A stretch of 64,000 bases of DNA from Squalus acanthias. Lineage: Eukaryota. Where the stretch lies: contig JASTWF010000048.1 of NCBI GenBank assembly GCA_030390025.1, forward strand, positions 248,001 through 312,000, given 5' to 3'. How positions within the stretch are numbered: position 1 is the stretch's first letter; the number at the start of each line of letters is the position of its first letter. Below, piece after piece: positions 36,822 to 50,196 of the stretch. The notes below the pieces were generated by a model. It had not been told where the DNA came from and did not search any database. It saw only the letters and a program-made list of their open reading frames with translations. The translations under genes and the position numbers were made by a program.

Positions 36822-37035
36822 GCCATTTAGCCCCTCGAGCCTGTTACATATATCCAAAAAACAGGAAGCTATTTAGCCTCTCGAGCCCGTTACATATATC
36901 CAAAATACAGGAAGCTATTTAGCCCCTCGAGGCTGCTACATATATCCAAAAAACAGGAAGCTATTTAGCCCCTCGAGCCTGTTACATATATCCAAAAAAC
37001 AGGAAGCTATTTAGCCCCACGAGCCTGTTACAAAA
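36822..37035 (+). repeat. Minisatellite of about 44 bp (about 4.5 units) resembling a CR1 3' end
   Basis: (CCCCTCGAGCCTGTTACATATATCCAAAAAACAGGAAGCTATTTAG)n. Confidence 0.85.
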
Positions 37036-37914
37036 GAACAGGAGGAGACCATTCAGCCCTTCCTGCCTGCTCCGCCATTCAGTTACATCCTGGATGATCA
37101 TTATTTAACTCCTTTGCTCCCTGTCCCTCGATACCCTTACCCAACAAGAAATCTATCAATCTCTGTCTTGAAGGCTGCAATTGACCCCCAGCCTCAGCAA
37201 CCCTTTGGAGGAGAGTGTTCCAGATTTGCACGACTCATTGTTTAAAGAAACGCTTTCTGACGCCACGTCTGAATGGCCTGGCTCTAATTTTAAGGTTATG
37301 TCCCCTTGTTCTGGACTACCCTCACCAGAGGAGATAGTTTCTCCCTTTCGATCCTGTCAACTCCTTTTAACGCTTTGAAAACCTCAATGAGTTCACCGCT
37401 GAATCTCTTATATTCAAGGTAGTACAAGCCACGTTGATGCATTCTGTCCTCTTTGGTTAACCCTCTAAGCCCCGCTAACATCCGGTGATTCTTCGTTGAT
37501 CCCCATCCAAGGCTAATATATCCTTACGGAGGTGCTGTGCCCAGAGCTGAACGCAGTACTCCAGATGAAATCTGACCAAGGCTCTGTTCAACTGAGGCAT
37601 AAATTATTTCCCTCTGTATTCCAGCCCCTTGAGATAAAGAACAACATTCCATGAGCATTTTAAATGATTTTATTTTTACCAATCCACTATTTTTTAGTGA
37701 TTTTTGTGCATGGACTACCAGATCCCTTTGCTGCTCGAAAGTTACTCGTTTCTCACCCTTTAAAAACACTCTGATCTAACTTTGCTAGGTCCAAAGTTCA
37801 TGGCCTCGTACTTGCTCACGTTGAACTCCCTCTGTCACTGTTTTGCCCACTCACTGAAGCTGTCTTTATCCCCATTGGAACTTCCTGTTCCCTCTGCTCT
37901 ATTCAATGCAAATG

Positions 37915-38170
37915 AGAGAGGGAGGGGCGGAGCTGTCAATCAGAGAGGGGGCGGTGCTGTCAATCAGAGAGGGCGGGGTGGTGCTGTCAATCAGAGAGGG
38001 AGGGGCGGTGCTGTCAATCAGAGAGGGAGGGGTGGGGCTGTCAATCACAGTGGAGGGGCGGGGCTGTCAATCAGAGTGGGAGGGGCAGAGATGTCAATCC
38101 ACGGGGGGATGGGCGATGCTGCCAGTCAGAGAGGGAGGGGCTTTGTTTGTCAATCAGAGAGCGAAGGGCG
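37915..38170 (+). promoter_or_regulatory. Family A promoter tandem array: CTGTCAATCA (= TGATTGACAG) + GC box, about 26-bp unit
   Basis: Six perfect CTGTCAATCA at 37933, 37957, 37984, 38011, 38038, 38064, interleaved with GGGGCGG/GGGGTGG. Confidence 0.6.
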
Positions 38171-38310
38171 GGACTCTCCAAACCTGCATCATTTCCTCAC
38201 GATCTTCATGTTTCCCTCAATGATTTGAATAGAGCGGGTTGGAACCTCACCAGACACAACTCTCCTGTTCTCGCTCCTTTCATTATTAACAGTATAGCTT
38301 CAATTGATAG

Positions 38311-38907
38311 ATGTATCTGTTACTGGGGCTGATGATCTTGTTTCACCGTAAGGGATTATTTCAAACAANNNNNNNNNNNNNNNNNNNNNNNNNNNNNNNN
38401 NNNNNNNNNNNNNNNNNNNNNNNNNNNNNNNNNNNNNNNNNNNNNNNNNNNNNNNNNNNNNNNNNNNNNNNNNNNNNNNNNNNNNNNNNNNNNNNNNNNN
38501 NNNNNNNNNNNNNNNNNNNNNNNNNNNNNNNNNNNNNNNNNNNNNNNNNNNNNNNNNNNNNNNNNNNNNNNGTCCCAATTTATTGACTTCCTGCTCTCCC
38601 TGTCTCTTTCCCAAATGTGAAATTGCAGAGTATCCATCAGACTCCCGCCGCTATCTCCAGATTTCCCGGGGATTGAGTGATACTGAAGTGCACTCTGGAA
38701 AGCACCAGTACTCAGACTATGTACTGGTACAGACAATACCCGGGGAAGGAGCCGCAGTTGATTTTTCTTTCCCCAACTGTACAAAGCGTGAATCCAGAGG
38801 GGCCGGTGGACGGTTTTACCGCCGATCGACCGCATGGCAACCTGTTCAACCTGAAGTCCTCCAGCCTGCAGGCGAATCACTCGGCCGTGTATTACTGCGC
38901 CTGGAGT
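38311..38907 (+). pseudogene. Family A V pseudogene (acceptor AG->AA, in-frame TGA in FR1, heptamer deleted)
   Basis: ..SRFPGD*VILKC..; CTGGAGTGAC instead of CTGGAGTCTTCACAGTGAC; nonamer intact at 38932-38940. Confidence 0.9.
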
Positions 38908-40334
38908 GACGCAGAGAGATGGAGGAGCTCAACAAAAACCCCAAAGGCGGCAGGAAACACCTGTTTAAGATAAAACCGCGCTGTGCTGTTGGGTTTATTT
39001 GGCAGAGCGAACATATTTTTGCCAAGAAGAATTGAAGGGTTGGAATTAAAGTGAGAGATTAGATATAGAGGCACTGGAGAAGGTGCAAAGAAAGATTAGC
39101 AAAGCTAATGCCAGAATTGAGAGGTTTATAAAGTATCAGGAAATTCTGAACAGGCTGGCGCTTGTCTTGGAGTATTATCAGTGTGTTTGATAGGTTAGGC
39201 GAAGGAGAGAAAGATAGAAAGTAAAGAAGATAGAAAGTATAAGAGAAAGAATGCAATCCGGGAAGAAAAAGGAAAATAAATAAAGGAAGAACGAAAGAAA
39301 GGAAGAAATAATGGAAGAACGAAATAAAGAAAAAGACAGGATGGAAGCAGGGAAGAAAAAAGAGAGGGAAAGAAATATAGAGAAAACAAAGAAAGAAGGA
39401 TAGAAAGGCAGAACGATATAAAGAAAAATAGAACGAAATATAGAAAGAGGGAAAGTAATTAAAGTTACTTTTTATACACTGACAATCTGCTTCCTTTCGC
39501 CACGGGCACAGTAGAGGGCGCTCTAGACCATGAAACACAACAGTGCCCGGAACATGGTTCAATCGGAACACAGGAACAGGAGGGGGCCGTTAATCCACTT
39601 GCGTCAGCTCTGCCTTTTAATCTGTAATTCAACCTCATATCCCTTGATATCCTTTATTTACAATAATGAGGGTCATTAAGGAGACCTAGGAAATTATTCC
39701 CTCTTCCATTCAGCTCTATATCCGTGGCCACTCACGTTCAAGCTCAGCGAGTGTTGTCTCTGATGTGGGACGGGTTCACTGCAGTCTGAATACAGTGGGG
39801 CCGTTTGCAAGTTGCCCAGTCAAGGGCGAGTCTTTGAGTCCTCCTGATCGTCATAGGCCCAACCATGCAATAGAACAGATGAACAGCTGAACAGCCCGAT
39901 GTGACCTGGTTATTGTTGCACCGACTGCCTCACGTTATCAAAAGGGCTTACTGTAGACCAGTGTTGTCCATGTGTTAGCCTCTAGTCACATGTGCCTAAT
40001 TGGGAATCAAGGTATGTCTAATTGGTAATCTACATGTGGCTAATCGGGAATCCAGACTTGGATAATGTCATTTCTGATTAGCAAACAATAAACGAGCGAT
40101 AGACACCGTTGTTGGGAATGTTGACGGCATAAGGTCCAGTCTGTCATTGGTAATTGGAAAGCTCATCGATTCTGATTGGTTCGCTCTTGGATGGGGCGTG
40201 TCCAACTCTGCATCACTTCATCACTCTGCTCAGGGTTTCCTCAATGATTTTTAAAGAGCGGGTTGGCTCCTCACAAGACCCCACGCTCCTGTTCTCGCTG
40301 CTTTCATTATTAAGGGATATACTTCACGTAAAAG

Positions 40335-40925
40335 ATGCATCTGTTACTGGGTCTTATTTTCTTCTTTCACTGTAAGAGATTTTATCAAACATTAATTCTT
40401 GTTAATAACCTACTTTTACGTCTTTCTTTCTTTCCTCCTTCCTTATTACTTTTTCTCCCATTGTGCAGACATTAATTCTTGTTAAAAACTTACTTTTACG
40501 TTTTAATTTCTTTTCCTCTTTCATTCTTTCTATCTTTCTTTCTTTCTTGCTTTCTTCCATGCTTTCTTTCTCTCCCATTGCCCCGGATGTCCCAATTTAC
40601 TGACCTCCTCCTCTCCCTCTCTTTCCCAGGTGTGAACTCGCAGACTATCCGCCAGACTCCCGCCGCTGTCTCCAGATTTCCGGGGAATGGAGTGGTACTG
40701 AAGTGCACTCGGGAAAGCACCAGTACTCAGTATATGTTCTGGTACAGACAATACTCGGGGAAGGAGCCTGAATTGATGTTTTACTCCCTAACTGCACAAC
40801 GCGTGAATCCAGAGGGGACGGTGGACGGTTTTACCGCCGAGCGACCGACTGGCAACGAGTTCAACCTGAATTCCTCCACCCTGCAGGCGAATCACTCGGC
40901 CGTATATTACTGCGCCTGTACTCTT
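40335..40925 (+). CDS. TRBV: TCR beta V segment, family A (variant ending CACT); leader 40335-40371, V exon 40630-40925; 23-RSS 40926-40964
   Basis: MHLLLGLIFFFH|GTAAG; WYRQ; YYCACTL; consensus RSS. Confidence 0.88.
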
Positions 40926-43900
40926 CACAGTGACTCAGAGAGATGGAGGAGCTGAACAAAAACCCCGAAGCCTGCAGGAAACACCTGACTGAGTTTAAAC
41001 CGCGCGGTGCTGTGTCCTGTTGGGTTTATTTTGCAGAGCGAACTTGCTTTTGACAAGAAGAGGAGTCGGTTTAGATTTAACGTGAGAGATTAAATATAGA
41101 GGCACTGGAGATGTTGCAAATAAAGAATAACAAGCGTATTACCAGAACTGAGGGGTTATAACTATCACGAAATGCTGAAAAGGATGGGACTACTTCCTCT
41201 AGAAAAGAGAATGTGATGAAGTGACCTGATAGAATTCTTTAAAATTATGAAGCGGTTTCAGAGTGTAGATGTAGTTATATTTATGACTCCAAGATTTGCT
41301 CTTCCATTTGTTTGGGAAACCATAACTTGGGCCCATAATATAAGCGACTCACTAATAAATCCAACAGGGAATTCTGGAGAAATTTCTTTATTCATGGAGT
41401 GGGTACCACAGGGAGTGGTTGAGGCGAATAGCATAGATGCAGTTATGGCGAAGCTGGATAGTTGCATGAGAGAGAAAGTAATAGAAGGTGATGCTGATAG
41501 AGTACAGCATCAACCCATACTGTGGTGAAGTGTTGAGCACATTCAGTTAGCAGAGGGCAAGGGTTTTAATAGGTCAAACCGGTTCTGACCACAACAAATA
41601 AAATTATCAAATTAAAATATGAAAGAAAGAAAGATAGAATGACAGAATGNNNNNNNNNNNNNNNNNNNNNNNNNNNNNNNNNNNNNNNNNNNNNNNNNNN
41701 NNNNNNNNNNNNNNNNNNNNNNNNNNNNNNNNNNNNNNNNNNNNNNNNNNNNNNNNNNNNNNNNNNNNNNNNNNNNNNNNNNNNNNNNNNNNNNNNNNNN
41801 NNNNNNNNNNNNNNNTGGTTTTTATACACGTGCAATGTGCTTCATTTCTCCACAGGGACAATAGAGGGCGATCTAAGACCATGAAACCCACCAGTGCATG
41901 ATTGAATCGGATCAGAAATGTAGATTCAGCCACCTCAAACCCCTCCACCGTTGAATCAGATCATGGCTGATCTGTATCTTAGCTCAATTTACCCATGTTG
42001 ATCAAAGAATTTAAGAAATAGTAACTGAAGTAGGCCATATGGCGCTTCGAGCCCGCTCCGACATTCAATAAGACCACGGCTGATCTTCTACCTTAACTCC
42101 ATATCCCGCCCTATCCCCATATCTCTTGATTCCCTTAGTATCCAAAAATCTGTTGCTCTCTGCCTTCATTATGCTGAACGACTGAGCATCCACAGCCCTC
42201 TGGGGTGTTGAATTCCAAAGATTCAGAGCCCTTTCAAATTTCTCTTGATCTCCGTCGCAAATGGTCGACCCCTTATTCTGAGACTGTGACCCCTGGTTCT
42301 CATTCCCCAGCCATATGCAACAGCCTCTCAACATCTACACTGTAAAATCTCCTAAGATTTTTCGTCTTTCAATTAGATCACCTCTCATTTTTCTAAATTC
42401 TCGGAAATATAGGCCTAGTCCACTCAATCTCACCTCATAGGGCAATCCCCACATCCCAGGAATCAATCTGGTGAGCCTTCGTTGCACTACCTCTGTTGCA
42501 AGTATATCCTTCCTTAGGTAAGGAGACGAAAACTGTACACAATACTCCAGGTGTGGTCTCACCAAGGCCCTATATAATTGGAGTAAGACGTCTTCACTCT
42601 TATACCCCAATCATTTTGTAATAAAGGCTAACATACCATTTGCTTCCCTAATTGCTTGCTGTACCTGCATGTTAACTTTCTGAGATTCGTGTACAAGGAC
42701 ACAGACGTCGCTCTGAATACCAACATTTCGCAGTCTCCCACCATTTCAAAATTATTCTGCATTTCTATTTCTCCTACCAAAGTGGTTAAATCCACATTAT
42801 ATTCCATCTTCCACGATTTTGCCCACTTATTAAACCTGTCTATATCCCGTCGCAGCCACTTTGCGTCCGCCTCACAATTTACTTTGCCACCTAGCCTTGT
42901 ATCGTCAGCAAACTTGAATACATTAAACTGGGTCTCCTCATCTAAGTTATTGATTTAGATTGTAAATAGCTGAGGCGCAAGTACCCCACTAGTTACAGCC
43001 TGCCAGCCCGAAAATGACCCGTTTATGCCTGCTGTTGTTTCCATAATCCTTGATACCCTTACTTAACAAAAATCGGTCGATCTAAGTTTTGGAATCTCCA
43101 ATTGACCTCTAGCCTCATCAGTCAACTGAGTGAGGGAATTCCAGATTTCCACTACCCTTTGTGTAATAAGTGCTTCCAGATATGAAAGCTGAACGGCCTA
43201 GCTCTAATTTTAAGGTTATTTCCCTTTGTTCTCAACAGAGGGAATAGTTTCTCTCAATCTACCCTCTCGAATTCTTTTAACATTCTGAAACACTTCAATA
43301 AGATCATCTCTTAATCTTCCATACTGAAGGGAATAAAGCAAAGTTTCTGCAACCTGTTCTCATAATTTAAGCTTTTTTGCTCTCTTATCATTCGGGTGAA
43401 TATGCGGACACCCACTTCAAGGCAAATATATCCTTCCAGATATACATTGCCCAGAATTCCAGAGATGCACGAAGTTCTCCAGACAGAGTCTGACCAGAGT
43501 GTTATACAACTGAAAGATAACTTCCTCCCGCTTTGAGATAAAAGCCAGCCAACCATTAGGTTTGCACTTTTTTTAGCTGATCGCCATTTGAACAATATTC
43601 CGATCTATCATTCTTAGGTGCACAGGGGATGATCTCACGGTTGCCCACATTAAACTCCATCTGTCAGTGTCACTGCTTTGCTCATTCACGTAATCTTTCT
43701 CTGCCACTTTGCAACTTCCAGCTCCCAGCTGCTCGACTCACTGCCTCTCAGAGAGGGCGGGGCGGAGCTGTCAATCAGAGAGGGAGGGGCGGAGCTGTCA
43801 TTCAGAGAGGGAGGGGCGGGGCTCTCCGTCAGAGAGGGGGCGGGGCTGTCAAATGGAGAGGGAGTGGCGGGGCTGTCAGTCATAGAGGGAGGGGCGGGGC

Positions 43901-44036
43901 TGTCCAAACCTGCACCACTTGCTTTTGCTCTTCATGTTTTGTTCAATGATTTCAGAAGAGCGGATTGGATCCTCACAACACACAACGATCCTGTTCTCGC
44001 TCCTTTACTTATTGACGGGACAGCTTAAAATAAAAG

Positions 44037-44073
44037 ATGTATCTGTTACTGGGTCTGATGATCTTGTTTCACC
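44037..44073 (+). pseudogene. Orphan family A promoter + intact leader exon; V exon deleted
   Basis: MYLLLGLMILFH|GTAAG preceded by the promoter array (43745-43910); the intron runs into CR1 remnants. Confidence 0.8.
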
Positions 44074-45032
44074 GTAAGGTACTTTGAAAAGAAACAATTA
44101 TTGTTAATAAACTTCCTTTACTCTTTCTTTCTTTCTTTTCTCTTTCTCTCTTTCTTTCTTCTTTCCTCCTTCCCTTCTTTATTTTTCTCCCTTTCCTAGA
44201 ATCAGAATCTGAAAGCACTGAAAGAGGCCATTCGGCCCATCGGGTCTGATCCGGCTCTTTTGAAGACCTATCCAATTTGACCCCCCGGGCTTCGTCCTAC
44301 CCCTCTTCAATACTCACATTAGCATATCCATCTATTCCTTTCTCTCTCATGTACATATCTAGTTTCCCCATAAATGCAACTATGCTAATTGGCTCAACCA
44401 CTCCAAGTGGTAGCAAGTTCCACATTCTCACCACACTTTGAGTAAAGAGGTTTCTCCTGAATTCCCTATTGGATTGATTAGTGTATATCTCATAACGCCC
44501 CTAGTTTTGGTCCCTCTTATCTATTTAGTCCCACTCCCCTGCTCTGTCCCCATAGCCCTGTTTTTTTTCCTTATCGAGTTTATATCCAATTCACTTTTGA
44601 AAGTTATTATTAAATCTGCTTCCACCGCCATTTCAGGCAATGCATTCCAGATCAGGACAAATATTTTTAATAAAATTTATGTCCCCTCATCTCCCCGCTT
44701 GTTCTACTGCCAATTATCTTAAATCTGTGCCCACTGGTTAAAGTCCGTCCCGCCAGTGTATATAGTTTCTCCCTGTCAACTCTGTCAAAACTATTCGTAA
44801 TTTTGAACACCTCTATTCGTTCTCTCCTTAATCTTCTGTGCTGTACGATTCTATGACGTTGCTGAACTACCGAAGGAATGGGATGGAGCGTGGGTAACGC
44901 AGGAAGTGACGTATCAATGACAATTACAACCGGATGCTTCGTATTTAATCAGATTGAACATACAAACTGGATTTAAAAGTGGTATTGAGCTAAACCCGAT
45001 CACACAGCGAGCCAGTGTCGAATAAATAAATC

Positions 45033-45954
45033 ATGTTTCATGCAGCTTGTTATCTAACGTTGATGGTGGCACTGATCCCACGTAAGTCAAAGTAACAAAC
45101 TTATGCAGGGATCTTTGTAGAATAATGTATTATGATGTCAGCTCTTGTTCAGCTGGTAGAAACCTTGCCTCGGAATCAGAGGTTTTGGGTTCGAGTCTTA
45201 CTCCTGAGACTTGAGCACAAAATCTATGCTGGCACTCCCGAGACCAGCGCTGAGGGAGTGCTGCACTTTTGGAGGTGCCATCTTACAGATAAGGCGTAAA
45301 ACTGAGCTGCCCTCTCAGGTGGAAGTAAATGATCCCAGGGCACTATTGGAAGAACAGCAATGAAGTTGTCGCCGGTGTCCTGGGCCAACATTAATCCCAC
45401 CACAATCAACAAAAAAACAGATGTACTGGTCATTTATTTCAAGGCAGTATTTGGGAGCTTGCTGTGCTCAAATTGGCTGTCTCCTTTCCTACATTACAAC
45501 AATGACTACACTTTAATCTGTACTTCATTTGTTGTAAACAGTTTTGTGAGTTTCTGAAATCGGGAATGCGCTTTATGAATGGAAGATCTTTTTCTCTGTA
45601 GTCCGCGCTCAAATAAATTATTGACAAAAATAAGAAACTAATCGATGTTACTTTCGACAGAAATACTCACCTCGTACGTGGAGCAGTCGCCTTCTATCCT
45701 TTCGATTGGAACAGGAGAGTCCACCACGCTCAGATGCACGCTGAAGAATACTGGCTATACCTTTATGTACTGGTACAGACAACAACCCGACCGGGCATTA
45801 GAAGCTCTTTTCTATTCTGCTGGAGCAGGAGCTGTTACGAAACACACGACCGAGTCTTTTAAGGCAGAAAGAAGCAACACTACGCTGTTTACTTTGGAAC
45901 TGAGCGCCGCCTCTCCGTCTCACACCGCTGTCTATTACTGTGCTTGTAGTATCG
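45033..45954 (+). CDS. TRBV: TCR beta V segment, family C; leader 45033-45081, V exon 45661-45954; 23-RSS 45955-45993
   Basis: MFHAACYLTLMVALIP|GTAAG; YYCACSI; RSS intact. Confidence 0.87.
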
Positions 45955-47019
45955 CACAGCGTTTGAGAAAGCGGCTCCCCAGCTACAAAAACCTGCAGCG
46001 GATGAATGGCAGTTCAGTGCTCATTTTTCGCCACCAGGTGGCAGCACTAGCTATTAGTTCAGTGCTTGATTTCTCCTTCACTCCTGCCACTCCTGTCCTC
46101 TGTACTTCGCTACCCAATGATCTCCCCCCCTCGCATACCTTATTCCCTCCTCTCCCCTCCCCTTATTAAATGACTTGGGACAAGATATTGAGGCGGCGAC
46201 CTCTGACGTCATCCTTCAAAAAGTAACCAATCCGTGCATTTGTGGAAGAATCAGAAGGAATGGAGGGGGATGGAAGTGTGGGGCTGTTTGACCGCGTATC
46301 TCTCACTCCTGCTCCACTCTCTGAGTCTGGAGACCAGTTCTGGTCAGCACACGGTTACCTTTCAATGCAGTTCGCTTTAAAGTAGAGAGAAAGCGAGAGA
46401 GAGAGAGTTAATTCGTGAGGAAGTGAAAGACACAAATACAATGAGAGAGAGAGACAGAGACTGAGAGAGAGGAAAGCGAGAGACAAAAAGAGAGAGAGAA
46501 AGCGAGTGAACGAGAGACAGAGAGAAACCGAAAGATGAAAGAGAGGAACGAGAGACAGGGAGAGAGAAAACGAGTGAAAGAGAAACACAGAGACAGAGAG
46601 AGGAAAGAGAGAGACAGAGTGACAGAGGGAGGAAAGACAGAGATCGAGAGAGAGAAAGCGAGTGAAAGAGAGACAGAGAGAAAGACAGCACAGAGCGAGA
46701 GAGAGAAATACAGAGACAAGAGGGAGACACAAAATACATAGATATAAAGCAAGTGAGACAGAAACATACAAAGCCAGACAGGGAGCCTTGCAGAGAGAGA
46801 GAGAGTCGGACGAACAGTGAGAGACAAGTGAAGACATTAGCAAACACGTCGATTCCGTTTATTTGAACTGGAGAAAGGGGGTGTATCCGTCCTTCAATTG
46901 CTTCCTTATGCTCTTCATGTTTATCTCAATGATTTGAAAAGAGCGCTTTGTCTCCTCGCAACACTCATAGTTCCTGCTCTCGCTCCTTCCATCATTAGAA
47001 GTAAATATTAAAATAAAAG

Positions 47020-47348
47020 GTGCATCTGTTACTGTGTCTGCTGAACGTGTTCCAACTGAAGAGAGATTTTCAAACAATAATTATTGCTAACAACCTCCAT
47101 TTACTTTCTTTCTTTCTTTCTATCTCTCTTTCTTTCTTTCTCTCTTGCTCCCTTTCCCCATTGCCCGAATGCCCATGTTTACTGACCTCCTCCTCTCCCC
47201 GTCTCTTTCCTGGATGTGAGCTCACAGAGTAACCGCCAGACTCCTGCCGCTGCCTCCAAATTACCTCGGGAGCGTGTGGACCTGAAATGCGCTGTGAAGT
47301 CTGTCAGTAACCATAACATGTTCTGGCACAGACAATACCCGGGGAAGG
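47020..47348 (+). pseudogene. Family A V pseudogene, 3'-truncated (same lesion as 13428-13756)
   Basis: GTG start, splice sites lost, ends at YPGK. Confidence 0.85.
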
Positions 47349-49406
47349 CTGCTTTCTCTAGAAAAGAGAACACTGAGGGGTGAGCTGACAGCCAAAATTA
47401 TGAAAGAGGTTCGATAGGATAGATGTAGGGAACATGCTTCCACTTCCGGGGAAGACCAAAGCTCAGGGTCATAAATATAAGATAGTCACTAATAAGTCCA
47501 AATAGGGAATTCAGGAGAAAACTGTTTACCCAGAGAATGGCGAGAATGTTGAACTCGCGACCACAGGGAGTAGTTGAGTCGATTAGCATAGGTGCAGTTA
47601 AGGGGACGCTGGATAAGCATATGGGGGACAAAGGAATAGAAGGCCATGCTCATCGGGCACAACATCAACACATCCTGTGCTGAAATGTTGATCACATTCA
47701 GTCATCCGAGGTCATTAGCTTTCAGTGGTAGGTGTAGTTGGTTCTTAGCAAAACAAATGAAAATAATCAATGCAAAAAGAAAGAAAGGAATGAAGAAAAG
47801 AAAGAAGGAAATAAAGATATAAGTAAAGCAGGATAGAAGGATATAATGATAGAGAAAGAAAAAGAAAAGGATAGGGAAAGAAAGAACGAAAGAAAGAAAG
47901 GAAGAAAGAAAGAAGGAAAGAAAGAAAGACGGAATGAAAGAGAGAATGAAAGGTTTAGAGAATAAAGAAAGACAGAAAGAAAGAGAGACAAAGAGAGAAG
48001 GAANNNNNNNNNNNNNNNNNNNNNNNNNNNNNNNNNNNNNNNNNNNNNNNNNNNNNNNNNNNNNNNNNNNNNNNNNNNNNNNNNNNNNNNNNNNNNNNNN
48101 NNNNNNNNNNNNNNNNNNNNNNNNNNNNNNNGGTGGGTTTTTGTCGACTGACGCTGTGGTTCTCCACAATGACAGCAGAGGGCGCTCTAGGACTATGAAA
48201 GACATCAGTGCCTGGAACATGGTTTAATAGGAACACAGGAACAGGAGGAGGACATTCAGCTCTTCAAGCCTGCCTCGCCATTCAATTAGATCATAGCTGG
48301 ATCTTATCTTCAATCCATCGACCCGCTTTTGCTCCCTTTCTCTTGATCTGCTTACCCAAGAAAAAATCTATCAATCTCGATCAGTAAATCTCCAATTGGC
48401 CGCTGGCACGCACATCGTTTTCGGGCAGAGAGTTGAAGATTCTCACTGCCCTTTGTGTGAAGAAGTGCTTCCTGCCCTCACGCCTGAAACGCTGAGCTCT
48501 CACTGTAAAGTTATGCCTCATTGTTCTGGACTCCGCCACCAGTGGACATACTTTCATTCTATCTACTCTATCAACTCCTTTTAACAGTAAAAGACTAAAT
48601 CAGTTCACCCCTCAATCTTCTATACTCAAGGGCATACAAGCCCAGTCTATACAACCTGTCTTCATAATTTAACCCTCTAAGCATTCTGGTGAATCTGTCT
48701 TGCACTCCCTCCAAGGACAAAACGTCCTTCCTGAGGTGTGTTACCCAGAACTGAACCTATTTTGCCAGATGGAGTCTGACCGGGGCTCTGCCCAACTGAA
48801 GCATAACTTCCTCCCTTTTGTATTCCAGCCTCTTTGACATAAAGGCCAACATTGCATTAATCTCTTTGATTCCTTTTTGCACCTCTATCCTGGCTTTTAG
48901 TGATTTGTGTACCTGGCCAACTAAATTTATTTGTTCGACAGTTTCCAGCTTCTCATCAGTTAGAAAACATTCTGATGTTTCTTCCTCAGGCCCCCAGTGG
49001 ATGAGCTCATACTTGCCCACGTCCCACGTTAAACTCTACCTGCCGCTGTTTTTTTCTCATTCACGTAAGTTGTTTAGGTCAACTTTGCAACTTCCTGCTC
49101 CCGTTTGCTCTACTTACTGCCAAACAGAGAGGGAGGGGCTGGACTGTCAATCAGTGTCGGGGGCGGAACTGTGTTTCACGGAGTGAGGGCGGGTCTGTCA
49201 ATCAGCGTGGGAGGGGCGTGGCTGTCAACCAGCCTGGGAGTGGAGGAGCGGTGTTGTCAGTCAGTGAGGGGCTGGGGGCCTGAATCACTTCCTTATGCTC
49301 GTCATGGTTTCCTGAATGACTTGAAAAGAGCGCGTTGGGTCCTCACAAGACTCAACGCTCTTGTTTTCGCTGGTTTGATTTCTAAAAGTAAATCTTGAAG
49401 TTAAAG

Positions 49407-49911
49407 ATGTATCTGTTACTGAGTTTCATAATTGTATTTCAATGTAAGTGATTTTTTCACACAATAATCTTTGTTAATATCCATTCTTTACTATTTCTTT
49501 CTTTCCTTCGTTATTTCCTTCATTCTCTCTTTCTCTCGTTCTTTACTTCTATCTTTCCCCACAACCCAGAATGCCCCTGGTTACTTATCTCCTCATCTCC
49601 CTGTCTCTTTCTCAGACGCGAACTCGCAGACTATCCGCCAGATTCCCGCCGCTGTCTCCAACTTTGCTGGGGAGGGAGTCGAAATAAAGTGCAACGTCGA
49701 GGGTGCCAGTAGCAGTTACATATACTGGTACAGACAGGACCCGGGGAAGGGGCCGCAGTCCATGTTTATCTCCGCGGGTACCAATGTTGTGAATCCAGAG
49801 GGGATGGTGGACGGTTTCACCGCCGAGCGACCGAAAGACAAAGAGTTCAACCTGAAGTCCTCCAGCCTGCGGGCGAATCACTCGGCCGTGTATTACTGCG
49901 CCTGGAGTCTT
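49407..49911 (+). CDS. TRBV: TCR beta V segment, family A; leader 49407-49443, V exon 49616-49911; 23-RSS 49912-49950
   Basis: MYLLLSFIIVFQ|GTAAG; YYCAWS; CACAGTG-23-ACAAAAACT. Confidence 0.9.
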
Positions 49912-50157
49912 CACAGTGACTCAGAGAGATGGAGGAGCTGAACAAAAACTCCCAAATGCGGCAGGAAACACCTGTTCGAGATAAAACTGCTTTGCGCTGA
50001 GTCCTGTGAGGTTTAATTTATGCAGAGCGAACATGTTTTTGACAAGATCAAGTAGCGGGTTCCAATAAAAGTGAGAAAAAGAGAAAAAAGGCACTGAGTA
50101 AATTGTAATGAAAGATTACGTTACATGGAGTGAAGAGCGATAGAACGAAAGGAAGAT

Positions 50158-50196
<39 letters not shown>

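Noticed and set aside
36822-37035. CRISPR-like array
   Set aside because: Eukaryotic minisatellite without unique spacers or cas genes
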